Shown: in pieces, positions 41,501 through 53,900 of the stretch
Numbering within the stretch: the first letter of the stretch is position 1
Layout of the letters: the number at the start of each line of letters is the position of its first letter
IMG/VR virus record: IMGVR_UViG_3300025141_008848
Coordinates: 32,001 to 96,000 of that record
DNA: 64,000 nt
Source of the DNA: a virus
Strand: one strand, 5' to 3'
Program-made: the position numbers and the translations under genes
Notes under the pieces: model-generated
What the model saw: only the letters and a program-made list of their open reading frames with translations
What the model was told of the DNA's origin: nothing
The model's database searches: none

Positions 41501-42177
41501 GTGGTGATGCAGACCAGTCCGGAGCTTTAGGTGGACTAGAATATCCATCTCCTAATTTTACTGCTGGTACATATATACAACATGCAGTTAATGTTAATCA
41601 GTTAGGGGGTACCGCACCATTTAATCATACAATTTTATGGGAACCAATCCTTTTTACAGGCTCAACAGAAACCATTATGGACGGGCAAAATTTGATAGAT
41701 TGTGTGACTGTAGACTTATCCAAGTCCAGTCAATATGTCCCATTCTATCCTTGGCATATGAGAAGTGGTGCTCCAGGTGGGTTTGGTGATGCGTGGAATG
41801 ATTGGATTGGTACAATGGGTAAATATAGATATGTATATGGTGTACCAGGACCAGCAATGTCTATCTTACCTGCGTTATCAACGGGTAATGTAGCATGGGG
41901 AGACGATAGTAATATGCATCCCGTAGGAAATTTAGGTGGTGCTCCACCCCTTATTTTTGATGGGAATTACCAAAGCAATATGGGTAACCCACCATTTTCA
42001 GGTACGTCAGGTCAACTAGGGTTCCCAGATTACCCAGTATTAACACCAGCTAGTTCCAAAAGTGTTGTTTTTTCACAACCACTATTTTATTATTTTGGAT
42101 TAAGACCTGGACAAACATCTTTTAACACATTTGTAAGAAAATATATTGATGAAGAAATGGCAGATAACGTAATATAA
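38512..42177 (+). CDS. Large structural protein with carboxypeptidase-regulatory-like N-domain, long hydrophobic segment and Cys-rich insert
   Basis: 'GVVVGRV..GIPNAKVSIF' and 'TNESGDFMIYGVPVG', a hydrophobic run of about 70 aa, and Cys clusters. Confidence 0.55.
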   Translation: MGQSFRVRTDINTSGAKDKNVTFELKQDFDLLEILSLSLTQQDVYTRMCADFGVVVGRVVANGGFGIPNAKVSIFVPLDTKDEENEVIKFLYPFKQPFDTDNEGKRYNLLSTEKTFNCHVNVGTFPVLNDVLNKQEVKYVYDKYYKYTVKTNESGDFMIYGVPVGDQTIIMDVDVSDIGCFSLLPEDFKIKGFPDSDFDGPRFRDDTSIDSLPQILNLQKSIDVRPFWGDEEFCRAAITRVDFDLSQTGFKLEPRAVFMGSTASDTDKDSVNNNCRPKAHMGDLCSLISKPGIIDCIRYTPFFENDPLAYPAYTAGGWGAPLGGEVPILERYYLEDGGRVIDNTGSFLIHLPMNLDYMITNELGEMVLSDDPTLGVATRTRVRFRIRPEQAKGGARQRRIGSHLVPNIREFYQHWAGDSNGDWPGIEPSSYTFSVKYSDYHPWAQRNLMPGGEDVFYDMTFNRVYTYAQFHDHIKHGGRRQFVGIKEILPEMDQQCSTTAMFFPINSAVRSPNLMVFLWMFLIDFLGLFYQLIAYFVTILAAFLSLILAIVLFIIWVLCIMWCFLYCLYISIWGVTIFRMTWILPSSAAPPDICGQVNIQGFGCNADCAFFGLRMGMVLFKLRQTKYPECEKCMCRTNVGSISTPDSMRYLTEGPNRWPCPEGFPGDPLAQTGASTGTSCVPQCPPGNGATGDDFGGKFQHDCCEESDDIRVCCHDNYGYNSDGSMNAQSVDEKDGIAGGGCYVKIICFATGCIDENFNMTVLREWTRREKIAVALCNGIMNYFWENNWVNGFLYQFQFNAKLEYNPTTESYATNSKWCKKLTYLHPTQHTFYYRSTPFQVTGIGKNDGNFIGDTDGVYKPWWMIGGGNATSDLHAKGDMDRHILFPTTIVDMGSRNQCIQQICLDPKFNEECSVTDQIGSTTFQDITNLVSDIYNIKMMYSKASMSTFFPRPEYEIGGDVAQALMQNCMLGVYGYEANVGDIGCECDYDLDISTGGGDADQSGALGGLEYPSPNFTAGTYIQHAVNVNQLGGTAPFNHTILWEPILFTGSTETIMDGQNLIDCVTVDLSKSSQYVPFYPWHMRSGAPGGFGDAWNDWIGTMGKYRYVYGVPGPAMSILPALSTGNVAWGDDSNMHPVGNLGGAPPLIFDGNYQSNMGNPPFSGTSGQLGFPDYPVLTPASSKSVVFSQPLFYYFGLRPGQTSFNTFVRKYIDEEMADNVI

Positions 42178-43988
42178 TGAGTAACGAAAAAAATATAAGA
42201 ATAGTAAGAGGAGAATCTAGATTTGCTGGGTCATCCAATGTAGAAATGGTTGTGCACCCTTTCCTAGAATCTACTACGAAAGAGTTAACACAAGGAGACA
42301 GAAACCTAGTTTTAGATTTAAGAGACCAATTCGATTTTGAACGGGAGTATTGCACAAATTATAGGCTCCATGGTAAAATAGATATTTTATATAATAATAT
42401 TGTTACAGGAGAAACAAATGAACAAGATTTTAAAACATCCATGTATTTTTTACCTGACTGGACAGGGTGTCCACAAGTAGGGGGGGTACCACCAGGAAGT
42501 TGTGTTGGATTAACCCCAGCTTCTACGTTCTCATTTATGCCAGAAAAAAGATTTGGTATTAATGCTAGTTTAAATGGTTGGGAACCATTATTAGCATATC
42601 AGGATAATTGGGTACAATATATTTCTTATATTCACGATGCGGATAGTGGACAAACAATGGAGTACTATATAGACTATGGAACCTCATCAGGACTGAGTTT
42701 CATTGCAGGAGACGGAATCCCATTCCAACCCACAACTAATACCATAGACGGGAAAGAAGTTTTACAATTAATTACACCAGTACCACATGGTATACTACCT
42801 GGGGAATATGTTGAGTTACAATCTACAGCTTTAGTATTTGGGGGTGGAGCAACATTAATGGTTGATGTTCCCATAACTTCTATATTCAACCCTGTTATAA
42901 TGGGCACAAGTACACCCGCACCTCCACAAAACACATTTAAAGTAGATTCGTTAGGTAATAATTTAGCAAACTCGGAAAATTATATCATAAATGTTCAAAC
43001 CAACGGGCTAGACGTAGCATCTATACCAGCTAATGGTCCAGTAGGGACCTTAAAAAGAATAATAAATATAGATAACCCTAATGAAACAAGGTCAGAATAT
43101 TATACACAGATTCACAAATTAATAACTAACCCTAACGATTATACTTTTGATAGAACTGGATTTGAATTGGGAATATACGCTAAAAAAGGTAGAGTATATA
43201 GAGCAAAGAGAACACCAGATAATATAGAAAAAACTATAATAAAAGAACAATACGAATCTTATTTATGGAACTCAAACCAAAATATAAACATTGATAATTA
43301 TTATGATAATTTAAACCGCCCTTTAACTGATGTGTATTTAACCATTTTAACCACAAATAGAAATTTAATTTGGGACTGGAATCCAGGTGGGGTGTCTAGT
43401 CCAGCTGGTTTTGGTTGGGGTTGGAATTTTAAGAAAAATGGGACAGTTGACCCATTTGTAGATAATACACTTAATCCCATAAATTTAACACAAAACGGTA
43501 CTTTGGGTGTTACTCCATTACCAGTTAGTGGAAGTACTTTTAGAGGTGCATTTGCGGAATACAACCCATTTGAATTAAAAGAAAGAGTAATCTCTAATAT
43601 AGGTCATTCTCTAAAGTTTAATAGGGACACATTATATATGTCAGGAGGAACACCATATGATTTTGTGCCCACCATTTACAAATACCAACCACACCATAAA
43701 ATATCTTTAAAAAAATTCTCTAATTATATAAGTTATAATGATAGTTTATTTACATCACCCCAGTATGCTGTTTATTCTTCATCAGAGGAAACATTTAGGT
43801 GGAGAGAAATTTTACCTATTGAATTTTATGAAGATGGTACAAACGGTGTTAGTTATCCCTATCTAAATGATGCACATTATCCGTACCTAAATCTAGAATT
43901 TACAATAGAGGCTGTAGGACCCGCATTAATACCATATAGTTCTGGTAGCATAAACATATTATCTGAATACACTGATGGCTGTCAATAG
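42177..43988 (+). CDS. Hypothetical baseplate/tail structural protein
   Basis: Translationally coupled ORF in the structural operon, beta-rich composition. Confidence 0.5.
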   Translation: MSNEKNIRIVRGESRFAGSSNVEMVVHPFLESTTKELTQGDRNLVLDLRDQFDFEREYCTNYRLHGKIDILYNNIVTGETNEQDFKTSMYFLPDWTGCPQVGGVPPGSCVGLTPASTFSFMPEKRFGINASLNGWEPLLAYQDNWVQYISYIHDADSGQTMEYYIDYGTSSGLSFIAGDGIPFQPTTNTIDGKEVLQLITPVPHGILPGEYVELQSTALVFGGGATLMVDVPITSIFNPVIMGTSTPAPPQNTFKVDSLGNNLANSENYIINVQTNGLDVASIPANGPVGTLKRIINIDNPNETRSEYYTQIHKLITNPNDYTFDRTGFELGIYAKKGRVYRAKRTPDNIEKTIIKEQYESYLWNSNQNINIDNYYDNLNRPLTDVYLTILTTNRNLIWDWNPGGVSSPAGFGWGWNFKKNGTVDPFVDNTLNPINLTQNGTLGVTPLPVSGSTFRGAFAEYNPFELKERVISNIGHSLKFNRDTLYMSGGTPYDFVPTIYKYQPHHKISLKKFSNYISYNDSLFTSPQYAVYSSSEETFRWREILPIEFYEDGTNGVSYPYLNDAHYPYLNLEFTIEAVGPALIPYSSGSINILSEYTDGCQ

Positions 43989-44943
43989 AATACAAATAAA
44001 AGCTTCTTTAAGTGATAAATCTGTCACTATACCTATAGGTCAAACTTTTGAAGAAATAGGCCAAGAAGAATTAATCAAAACTTGGGAAGAAGTAGAATTA
44101 CAAGATAATATAAATGTTATACAAGATTATGAAACTACAAGATATGCATATAAAAATAATGCAGCTCCAGTGGGCTCAGGAGGTAGTAATACAATATCGT
44201 ATAAATTTCATTTTTGGGATGCTGCAAATCAATGGTATACTGGCACAGGTGGAAACCCCCATACATTTAATGTTGTTGGGTACCTAAACAAAGATTTAGC
44301 AAAACCAAAGAAGGCATTTACTAAAAGCTTTTTTAAATTTGATTTTTACGACTCACCTAAAAAAGAAGAACAAAAAATAATGTTTACCAATATAATGCCA
44401 TTAAATAATTGTATAAAAGTAACAACAGAAGTTGACGAACTAGAAGACCCGATAGAGTACTACTCACAAATCGCAAATGACATTATTCCACCTACCTATG
44501 GGGTATACGTACCAACAGCGATATTAAGTCCATTAAAAGGTAAAAATGAGAATTTCTATATACAATGGTTAAAAGATAGAGAATTGACACCCATTGATAC
44601 TTTTTATATGTCTTGTAAATTCTTTAATGCAAAAACTGGTAAGGTAACGAATATGATAAATGACAACCCAACACCAAGTCAAATTAATAATGGGTTAGTT
44701 CTTAATAATTTAGATTGGTTTTATTATAAAGTAAAACTTTTCATTGGACCATCCAATACTTCCACAATTATACCAAAATATAGGTATGTGGTGACTAAGT
44801 TCAATGAAGTCGCGATGCTCACCAATACTGGTGGGGTTGCGGGGACAGGACTTCCAGGTGGGACACCTGCAGACGCTGTACCAAACACACCACAAGTACC
44901 AAATGCGGTACCAATAAAATTTTATGAATATGTAAACCCTTAA
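43975..44943 (+). CDS. Hypothetical baseplate/tail structural protein
   Basis: Overlapping start. Contains 'FTKSFFKFDFYDSP' and 'FYMSCKFFNAKTG', and ends 'IKFYEYVNP'. Confidence 0.5.
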   Translation: MAVNRIQIKASLSDKSVTIPIGQTFEEIGQEELIKTWEEVELQDNINVIQDYETTRYAYKNNAAPVGSGGSNTISYKFHFWDAANQWYTGTGGNPHTFNVVGYLNKDLAKPKKAFTKSFFKFDFYDSPKKEEQKIMFTNIMPLNNCIKVTTEVDELEDPIEYYSQIANDIIPPTYGVYVPTAILSPLKGKNENFYIQWLKDRELTPIDTFYMSCKFFNAKTGKVTNMINDNPTPSQINNGLVLNNLDWFYYKVKLFIGPSNTSTIIPKYRYVVTKFNEVAMLTNTGGVAGTGLPGGTPADAVPNTPQVPNAVPIKFYEYVNP

Positions 44944-44946
44944 TAT

Positions 44947-47900
44947 ATGGAAGTATATAAATACCGAATAAAAAGAACCAACCCAAGTATATATTGGACA
45001 GTGCCCTGTACAGGAGGGACAGATTTTTGGCCTATAAACTTGAGTACTAATTGTTCTGGAATAACCATGTTTAATTCTACCTTTAGTCAAGTTAGGGATG
45101 CATTAGAGGGGGATATGAATAATTTCCCACAAGAACTAACAGGGTGCTCTATAGCTAATCCATGTGTGATTTTAAATGACACAGTAGTGTTACCAATGTT
45201 CCCTTCCCCAGACCCATTTTGTATAGATTCCTCATCTCACCCATATATTTTATTTACGGGGCTAAATCTAATCCAAATGGGGGTCCAAACATTTACGGGT
45301 GAAAGTTATAATGATATGATAAGTGTTTTTGACTTAACCAACTCAACACTATCACAACCACTAAACACTCAAACATCGGCTAATCTAATGCCGAATTCTA
45401 ATTCTTGTTTTTGTCAAAACCCTTTAGGTACAAACTTAAACCAAATACCTATTCTATTAGACCAAGATTTTAATGATATTGGTCACTACGATATTTGGGA
45501 TGGGAATATTGGACAAAAAGATATTTTTTCTAATTTTGTTGTTACAGCGACTACGACTGCGGGAAATAAAATAAAAATATTTAACTCTACAGATTTTGGT
45601 TATTATAAAACATTTCAGGATTCACCATATACTATAAATTGGGGTGATTGTAATTGTAATTGTCCTGTCCCCCCATGTGTTAATTCATTTGGTGACCCTT
45701 GTTGTGAAACTTTACAATTTCCTAATTTGACAAATCCGGTAGACCATACTTATGGTGGGGTTGGTTCTCGAAAAATTACCATAACCCATGAAAGTCCATG
45801 GGGACCTACTTCGGTGTCACAAATGATTACTGTCCCCTTCATGAATTATAACGCATTATTAGCGACAGGAAATATACCTTCTTTTGTGTCCCCAGTTATT
45901 GGACCTAATGGTCCAGTTGGAACTAATTCTTATTTTGGAGCTTACCCATCTACCCCATTAGATTCCGGTACGGATATAATGCAATATAGTGGAATGTCAC
46001 CTATCTTTGCTGGGGGAAATAATAATGACTGTTTTGATGTCACAGGAAATACCGAAAGTTTATTAGGAGCATTCCAAAACTATACAACATCAAGTACTGC
46101 GGGCTTACCACCAGGATACCAACAAGGTATCACAGTACCTCTTATGGGGCAGGTTTTAAATCCAATCACTAATACATTAGTACAAGGAGTTTCTGGTAAA
46201 ATAACACAAGTAAATGCACAATATACGGCATATACAATTAGTATTGGAACCAACACACCAATAACCTTTTATGATTTTAGTAATGGTGTTACTCTCTATG
46301 AAGCTGTAAGTTGCGGGTTAGACGCGTTTGCGTTTGCAGCATTTGATTGTGTTAAATGTGAACTAGGGGATTGTACATATTGTGAAACAAAAGATGAATA
46401 TATTGATAGGATTACATTTTTACCAGAATCCATAACGTTTAATGCCCAACATGGGGAGTGGTTACCTACTACTAATTATGTTGTTGGGGATATTGTTTTT
46501 GATAGTACTTGGGGGGAATGTTGTTGTTATATGGCAGTAAAAGATATAACACAAAGCGCTACTACTCTTTCCCCATGGGCAGGAGTAAAACCAACAGATA
46601 CATTCCAAGGTGTGTGGTGGTATAATGGACAACCAACTGAACATATTTGGGAAGCGTGTACGCCAGAATGTGAAAGTTGTCCTGATTATACCGCAATACC
46701 TTGTTATGACCCAACAAACTGGTTAAACGCATATCCTACATTTGGTCCTCCAGGACCTGCAGGGGTTTATAGTAATGGTAACAATTATACTGCAGGAACA
46801 TTTACGGTTAGTCAATTCGGTAATTGTTATAGAGCATTACAAACAGGAACACTACCACCACCAACAGGACTAACTAATAACGCATATTGGGATTACATAG
46901 GGTGTTCTAGTTGGATATGCCCACCAGTATCCGCTTTGACAGCTGGAACTGTAGCGTGTGAACTGGTTCCTGGAACTGGGTCTACCAGTACTGGACCATG
47001 TACAACTATAGGTTATACCTCATACAATGATTGTTTTGACGATTTTTTAAATGGTGAGTGTTGTGAAGATAGGTATATATGTACTGACCAGTATTCATGT
47101 CAAGGGTGTACAGGGATAACTTCAGCTCATCCATTATATAATGACCCAAGTGGTTTAGACCCCTTACAAGGTCCAGTTTTTGACTCTGAGCTAGATTGTA
47201 ATGCGTGGTGTAACCCACCAGCATTTTCGTGTACTACTCAGATAGCGTCATCTAATAATTGTTGTGTTTCACTTTCATGTGCTGAGGATAACTTAAATGG
47301 AACCCCAGGATATTATAGTAGTGTGGTATTACCCGTTATTGCTGCCGCTGGTACAAACCCAGCACCTTTCTCAAATATGATTGATTACATAGCGTCTAAT
47401 TATGCTTTATGGTTCGTAAGCCCTCTTACAACACCTAACCCATACGACATTAACGATTGTAATTTAGGTGTGGTAGGGATTGCTACTGCATGTTGTGATT
47501 ATACAATATGGGTTTATAATTGTGAAGATGGGTGTATTCCCGCATTTGCTGGTGCAGGGTGGCCAACACCAGGTGATTGTTGGGCTGCTAATCCACAATG
47601 GGCGGGTTATGGGACAACCCCATGTGGTTGGATATGTGACCCTGTTTGTGAACCCTGTGTCGAGGTATACCAACTTGGTGTGGGATACCCCTACACCCCA
47701 CAAGGATTACTTGATTGTGAAATGAATTGTTCTTGTGTTACTGACTGTTACATATGTGACTGTACCGCAACAACAACAGGGGTAAATATAAATTGTGATT
47801 TATACCACGACCCTATTACAGGTCTAGCCGGTTGTCCCCATTGGCCACCAAATGAAGGTATCCCAGTAAACCCAGGAGACCCATTAACCTACTTATACCA

Positions 47901-50900
47901 AACTAATTGTCTATCCGCGTGTACTTGTGAAGGTGGTATTGATTGCTTTATATCCTCTATTGATGGAACACAGATGGGTGGATGTAGTTCATACCCAAGT
48001 TTGTGGCATATGGCACAACAAAATGCAACATGGAGTTTAGGGTCACCAACAGACGCTGCGGGTAACCCTACGGGGTATACCACTGTAGAAGAATGTTGTT
48101 TGGCCACCGAGTGTTGTTGGGCTGTATGTGAAGAAGACCCAGCTGTTTATGACCCTGGTTATTTTGGTATTACCCCTTCAGTTAATCCAGCGTTACAAGG
48201 TGGTGGTGGTGGTACTTACCCATGTTGGTGGTATTCACAGTCAGTACCAGATGTGTATAGTGATTTCGGGGGTGGACAACCTTCTAATTGTTGTAGTCCC
48301 TTATATATTAATAATGCAGGAGCTAATACGGGATTAGCTGGTTGTATTCAAGACCATCCAAATCACCCATATTGTGATATGATAGATTGTATAAATTCAT
48401 TATGTCCACAACCCGCCCCTTCTAATGAAATGATGTGTTGTGTCCCACCAGAAAACTCATGTATATGTGCATGTGATACTTGGATAGCACAAAATGGTAG
48501 TATATTAGTGCCTAGTTGGGAAGGACCTTGGAACGTAGGAATTTATTTAGAAGGAGATACTGTAAGTTACGGTGATGGTAATACACCAGACTGTTGTTGG
48601 ATATGTACATGTCCATATGACCCATTATCACAAGTATTTGGGAGTGGTGTGTTTGATTGTAGTAGTTCACCACCAGATGATGGACCATACAGTAATGGTC
48701 AACCCAACTGTTGGCAAACTTGTGAAAGGTTACCAGCTACGTTCCCTTCTCCACCATCAAATATAGTAGGTGACCCATGTGGACCTTGTAGTGGTCATGT
48801 TCCACCTGTAACGTATTCTTGTAGTACGGCAGGTTGTTTAGCTTCTACTTGTGTTTTTAATCCAGGTGGGATGAACCCGTCTATATGGGCAACACAAATG
48901 AATTGTTATGATAATCCTATGTGTGACACACCAGCATATCCAGGATATGACCAGTGTAGAGCAGATTGTTATTGTGCAGACCCAAATCCACTTGCTGAAG
49001 TTACAAGTTGTACCGTATTACAAGATTATTTAAATGATATATACTCCCCAGGGGCTCTGGGAGGTGTTAATGGCTGGATTGCAGGTACCGGATGGTACTC
49101 AACTTGGCCAATGACTTATCCACCAGTACAACCAGGACTTATATTTAATACTAGTGGTTCATTTTGGTGGCAATATTCATCGTTCGATGATTGTGTGTTG
49201 GGGGTAAATGCTGGTGTAGATTGTTGTGACACCTCAGGATTTACATACGCTTGTGATGATACATGTAATTGCCCAACGGTAAATGGAAATCCATGTGTTG
49301 GTGGTACAGGATGTTACGTAGTAACGAGTGGTCCTCCAGGACCTTTCACATCAATGGGTCAATGTCAAGCCTGGTGCACATGGGAATGTGACCCAACAGG
49401 ACCACAAATATGTATATTTAATGCATTATCGATAGCAGCTACTACATATCCATCGGCATTAGCATGTAGCGTCGCTAATACTAATTGTGAATGTGTTAAT
49501 GGTACTGTAGAGTACTGGTGTGATTGGGCAGGTGCAGACGCAGGATATTATAACACATTGGGAGCAGTCCCTTGTGTAGACAGTGTATATATGTCCAGCC
49601 AAGTTCCAGCATATCAAGCTATGGCGATAGGACAAGGAGCTACAGGACCTGCAGACCCGGCAAATAATTATCATGACGCGGTAGTCTTAGGGAATAATCC
49701 TACGGGACAAGGATTCCCAACAATACAACAATGTCAAGAAAAGTGTAGATTCTGTTGTGATTGTGCACCTCCAGGTTCAGGTATTTGTGATTTATGTGGA
49801 GACCCCGCTGTCACAATATGTAGTTGGGGTGACCAATTCTGTAGTGCAGGTACTGCCTGTCAATATGGAAGTAGTTACCTATCACCTTATGACTGCCAAC
49901 AAAATACAACTCCATATCCTTGTGCAGCACCGATTACTGAATATTGTTGTCATGCAGTAGATGGGTGTCTATCATATATGGGGGCGTATGTAGCGGGGAC
50001 CAACCCAGTTACAAGTGATGGTGTGGGTTGTGTAAGTTTCCATACCATAGCAGGATGTGATGGGGAATGTAATTTTGTATGTGGGGATTGTACACCAACC
50101 GGAGGACAATGTGATTGTACTTTTGTAAATACATTAACACCTAATTGTCTTGCACCTTATCCATTTACTACGATGGCAGACTGTCAATTCTATCTTAGTA
50201 CAGCTGTCAACCTTTTATATGATGCTGGGTCTTGTTGTAGATGTTATGATTGTTTTTTAAATAGTCCTATAACATATTCCGCATATGATGTGGGAAGTAG
50301 TACATGGATAACAATGAGTACCCCTATACCTACGTTTACCACTAGTGCACTAGCATGGGTAGCAGGTACCCAATATAATACGGGAGATGTTGTTAGTGAA
50401 CTTTTTGATGGTGATGACTGTTGTTATGTTTGTGTTTGGGGAGCTAATGAAACAGGAGGTATAACAACTAACTGGACATGGAATCCTTCTTTCTATTATA
50501 CAGCGTATGTTAATGATGTTGGGTTAGGTAACCCAGTTTGGCCAGGTGGTGGTACTGGAAGTTTGGCGTGGATACCTTGTGACGCAGGATGTGTAAATGT
50601 CCAAATAATTACATATAATTGTATTCCAGGAGCAATCTTCGATAGTTGTGAGTATGATACAAATGGTAATCTAATGAATTTAATAGTACCAACCACAGTA
50701 TTTTTATCTCAAAATGATGTAGTAAGGAGATTAGCGGACCCACTGGGGACACCAAATCTTCAATCAACTAATATATTTACAATTAAATTTCCATATGGTG
50801 GATGGCCAGTAGGTTATCCAGCAAACCCTTGTCTATATAATGGATTTCCCCTAGCTATTGCGGGAGGTTTTCTCAGCATAGATAGTGATATGGCAATGCA

Positions 50901-53900
50901 ATACGGCATCCCACAAGATTATGTATCCTGGTCCCAACTTATTGCAGCTCTGGTAAGTGTAGGTGTTGTGGATTACAGTGGTACCCTGGTAAGTCTAACT
51001 AGTACTTTTGACGAAGTATGTGAAGCAATATGGCTAGCAATTGGGTCGATGCCAGGTTCACTACCAAAGTGTATTACCATTACGATAGACCCATGTGAGT
51101 GTACTCAAAGTACATGTGATTGTGTAGCAGTTAATGGACCAGGAGGACAATTCACTAATCTTGGAGATTGTCAATCACTTCTAAATAACGTACCTTGTTG
51201 TGGTACCTGGTATTGTCCAGGACAAACTAACTGTACCTGCGTATTCCAACCTAATATATTAACTGGGTTTGCCACCCAAATAGATTGTTATAACGCTGTT
51301 AATTGTTGTGAAATACAAGAACCAGAATATGCCTGTATAGTAACAGCTCCATCTCCATCATTCGGAATACCTGATGTGTGTGACTGCATACAAACACCAG
51401 GAGGACCTTATACCGGACCAAACGCACTACTTGATTGTCAAACTGACCCAAATACTTGTTGTTCAGGTACTACAATGCCAGACTACTGGAAATGTGAATT
51501 ACAACCTGGGGGTAACTGTCTGTGTGTACTAGACCCCTCACCAACGATTAATTCTTTTACTAGTCTATTTGATTGTCAATCAACACCAGTCTCCAATTGT
51601 TGTTGGACAGGAGTAAGCTACACACATTATTGGGAGTGTATAGATTTCGGAGGTACCATAGGGTGTGAGTGTGTACAAACATCAACAGGTGCATGGCCTA
51701 CATCTGGAGACTGTGAAGCTCAACAAAGTCTATGTTGTTACAGTGGGGTTACAAAATGGGATTGTAAAGACCCGGGGAATGGTAATTGTACGTGCGTACA
51801 ATCAATATTTGGATTCTATACCAGTTTATATAATTGTGAACATAGTATACCTGCAGTAGTCCCACACCCAAACTGTTGTGAAAAAATTTATGGAAATTGT
51901 AAAACATGTGATGGAGCACAGCTAATCCATACAACAGGTAAACATTACGGTCCCCTAGGTGGGCTAGGTATAGCTTCTACAAATGGTGTAACCCTAGCAC
52001 CAATTGTGGATAGGGGTTTATGGGTTACAGGAACGAATAACTACGTATACTTAGATGTGGTAGAAGACCCATTGGATGGTTGTTGTTACGCACTTATTCA
52101 AACGACAAATCATAGTGGGGTTAATATGTTAGGGCCAGGAAGCCCACTTCTAACCTACTCACCAAGTATTGTGTATAATAACCACATTAACGGTTATTTT
52201 GCTGATGGTTCATATAATTCAGCTCCAGGTCCATGTGCAACAATACAACAAGTTTTTTGTCCATGGTGGCCTTGTGACCCTAGTTGTGTAGGAACAGTAA
52301 AAGGGTATGATTGTGATAATTGTCCCGGAACGTGTGTTTGTAACCCTAATAATACCGCAGGTGCTACGTTCCAAGGTCCAGGAGCATTAGCAGCGTGTCA
52401 AGCAGTTTGTATACAAGGGTGTGATGATTGTGCAGTTAGTTTAGCTGGTTATCTCACCGGACCAGTACAGTATGAGGGTGTATGGAGTGCTACTTTTAAT
52501 CCTCCATGGCATGTGTATGATATTAATGATTGTGTGGTAGACCCTGCAGACAACTGTTGTTATTGTTGTGTTGAAGACCCTACCGTTCTCAATCCGTGTA
52601 CACCAAACACACCACCACAACTATGTAAAGTGGCTGGGGAGGTATGGCATCCATTCCCAATATGTAAGTGTATGAAGCCAAATATACAACAATCCAAATC
52701 GAAAGCTAATCCGTGCATACCACAACCTTGTGCTCCTAATGAAACTTGGTTCGGAAACCCAATATGTGATTGTGTCCCGAACGGTCCTGGTGGTTCAGGT
52801 CCTGGTGGTTCAGGAAATATTAACGGATGTGCCGCCAAACATCAACCATCACTCAATCTTGGTGTGAGTGTTGGTGGTGTTGGGTCTATACCAGTAACAT
52901 GGGCAGATTGTAAACAAGATATAAATGGAGACCCATGTGGTCCTGGTGGCTCGAATCCAATTTGCAAGGACTGTGGTCCTGGTGCGATTACCTTCGATTA
53001 CTATGACCACAATACCAGTACCTGGCAGACGGCTAATATCACTGCCACACCCACCCTCCCAATTCCAGTATGGACACCAGGCACTTACACACCTACCGGT
53101 CAACAGGGTAACGTTGTTATGCATAACGGGTGTTGTTTTGTTGTTTGTAACACACACTCAACACCGACAACATATCTCAACCTATCTCCGACAGATGATT
53201 ATATGGAATACTTATGGTGTATGTCACAACACCCTGGAGGAAATCCACTTGATTGGCCAACACTAATGTCTGCCTTTGGTCAAAATCCTATGGCACAAGT
53301 TGTATATTTCCCATGTGATAAAGATTGTGTACCAAGTGTCCCTATAAGAAACAAGAGATATGATTGTAAACGACAAGCAACGTTGGGGAACCCAAATAAT
53401 ATGGGATGCGTACCAAACCCAAATGGAGTTTATGTAGATTTACCAACATGTCAAATTAACTGTAACCAACAGGAAGAATGTAAACAATGTTGTCAAAATA
53501 CTAATTGGGAACCAGGATTATCTGATGCAATGTCAATGACGAGCTCGTATACACTCCTACAATCAAACGCAAATCCGTGTGATTGTGAATTTTGGTTAGG
53601 TGTTGGTTGGGTTCCAGTACCACTTTCAAAATGTAAGGTACGAGATGGTTGTGTACAAGTTAAGGTATGTGACTCACCTTATGTGTGGGCAGGACAACCG
53701 ATATGTGATTGTGTTCTCCCAAACGATATCCCACACGAGGACTGGGCCCATGATGATGGTTGTGTACAAGATAAGGAATGTGAGAATGGTTGGACCTGGT
53801 CATGGAAATTATGTGACTGTGTTATTGAAACCAGAGAAAGATGTATGGAAAGAGAATGTGCAGCAGGAAAATTTTGGGATAAGGAAGTATGTAATTGTGT

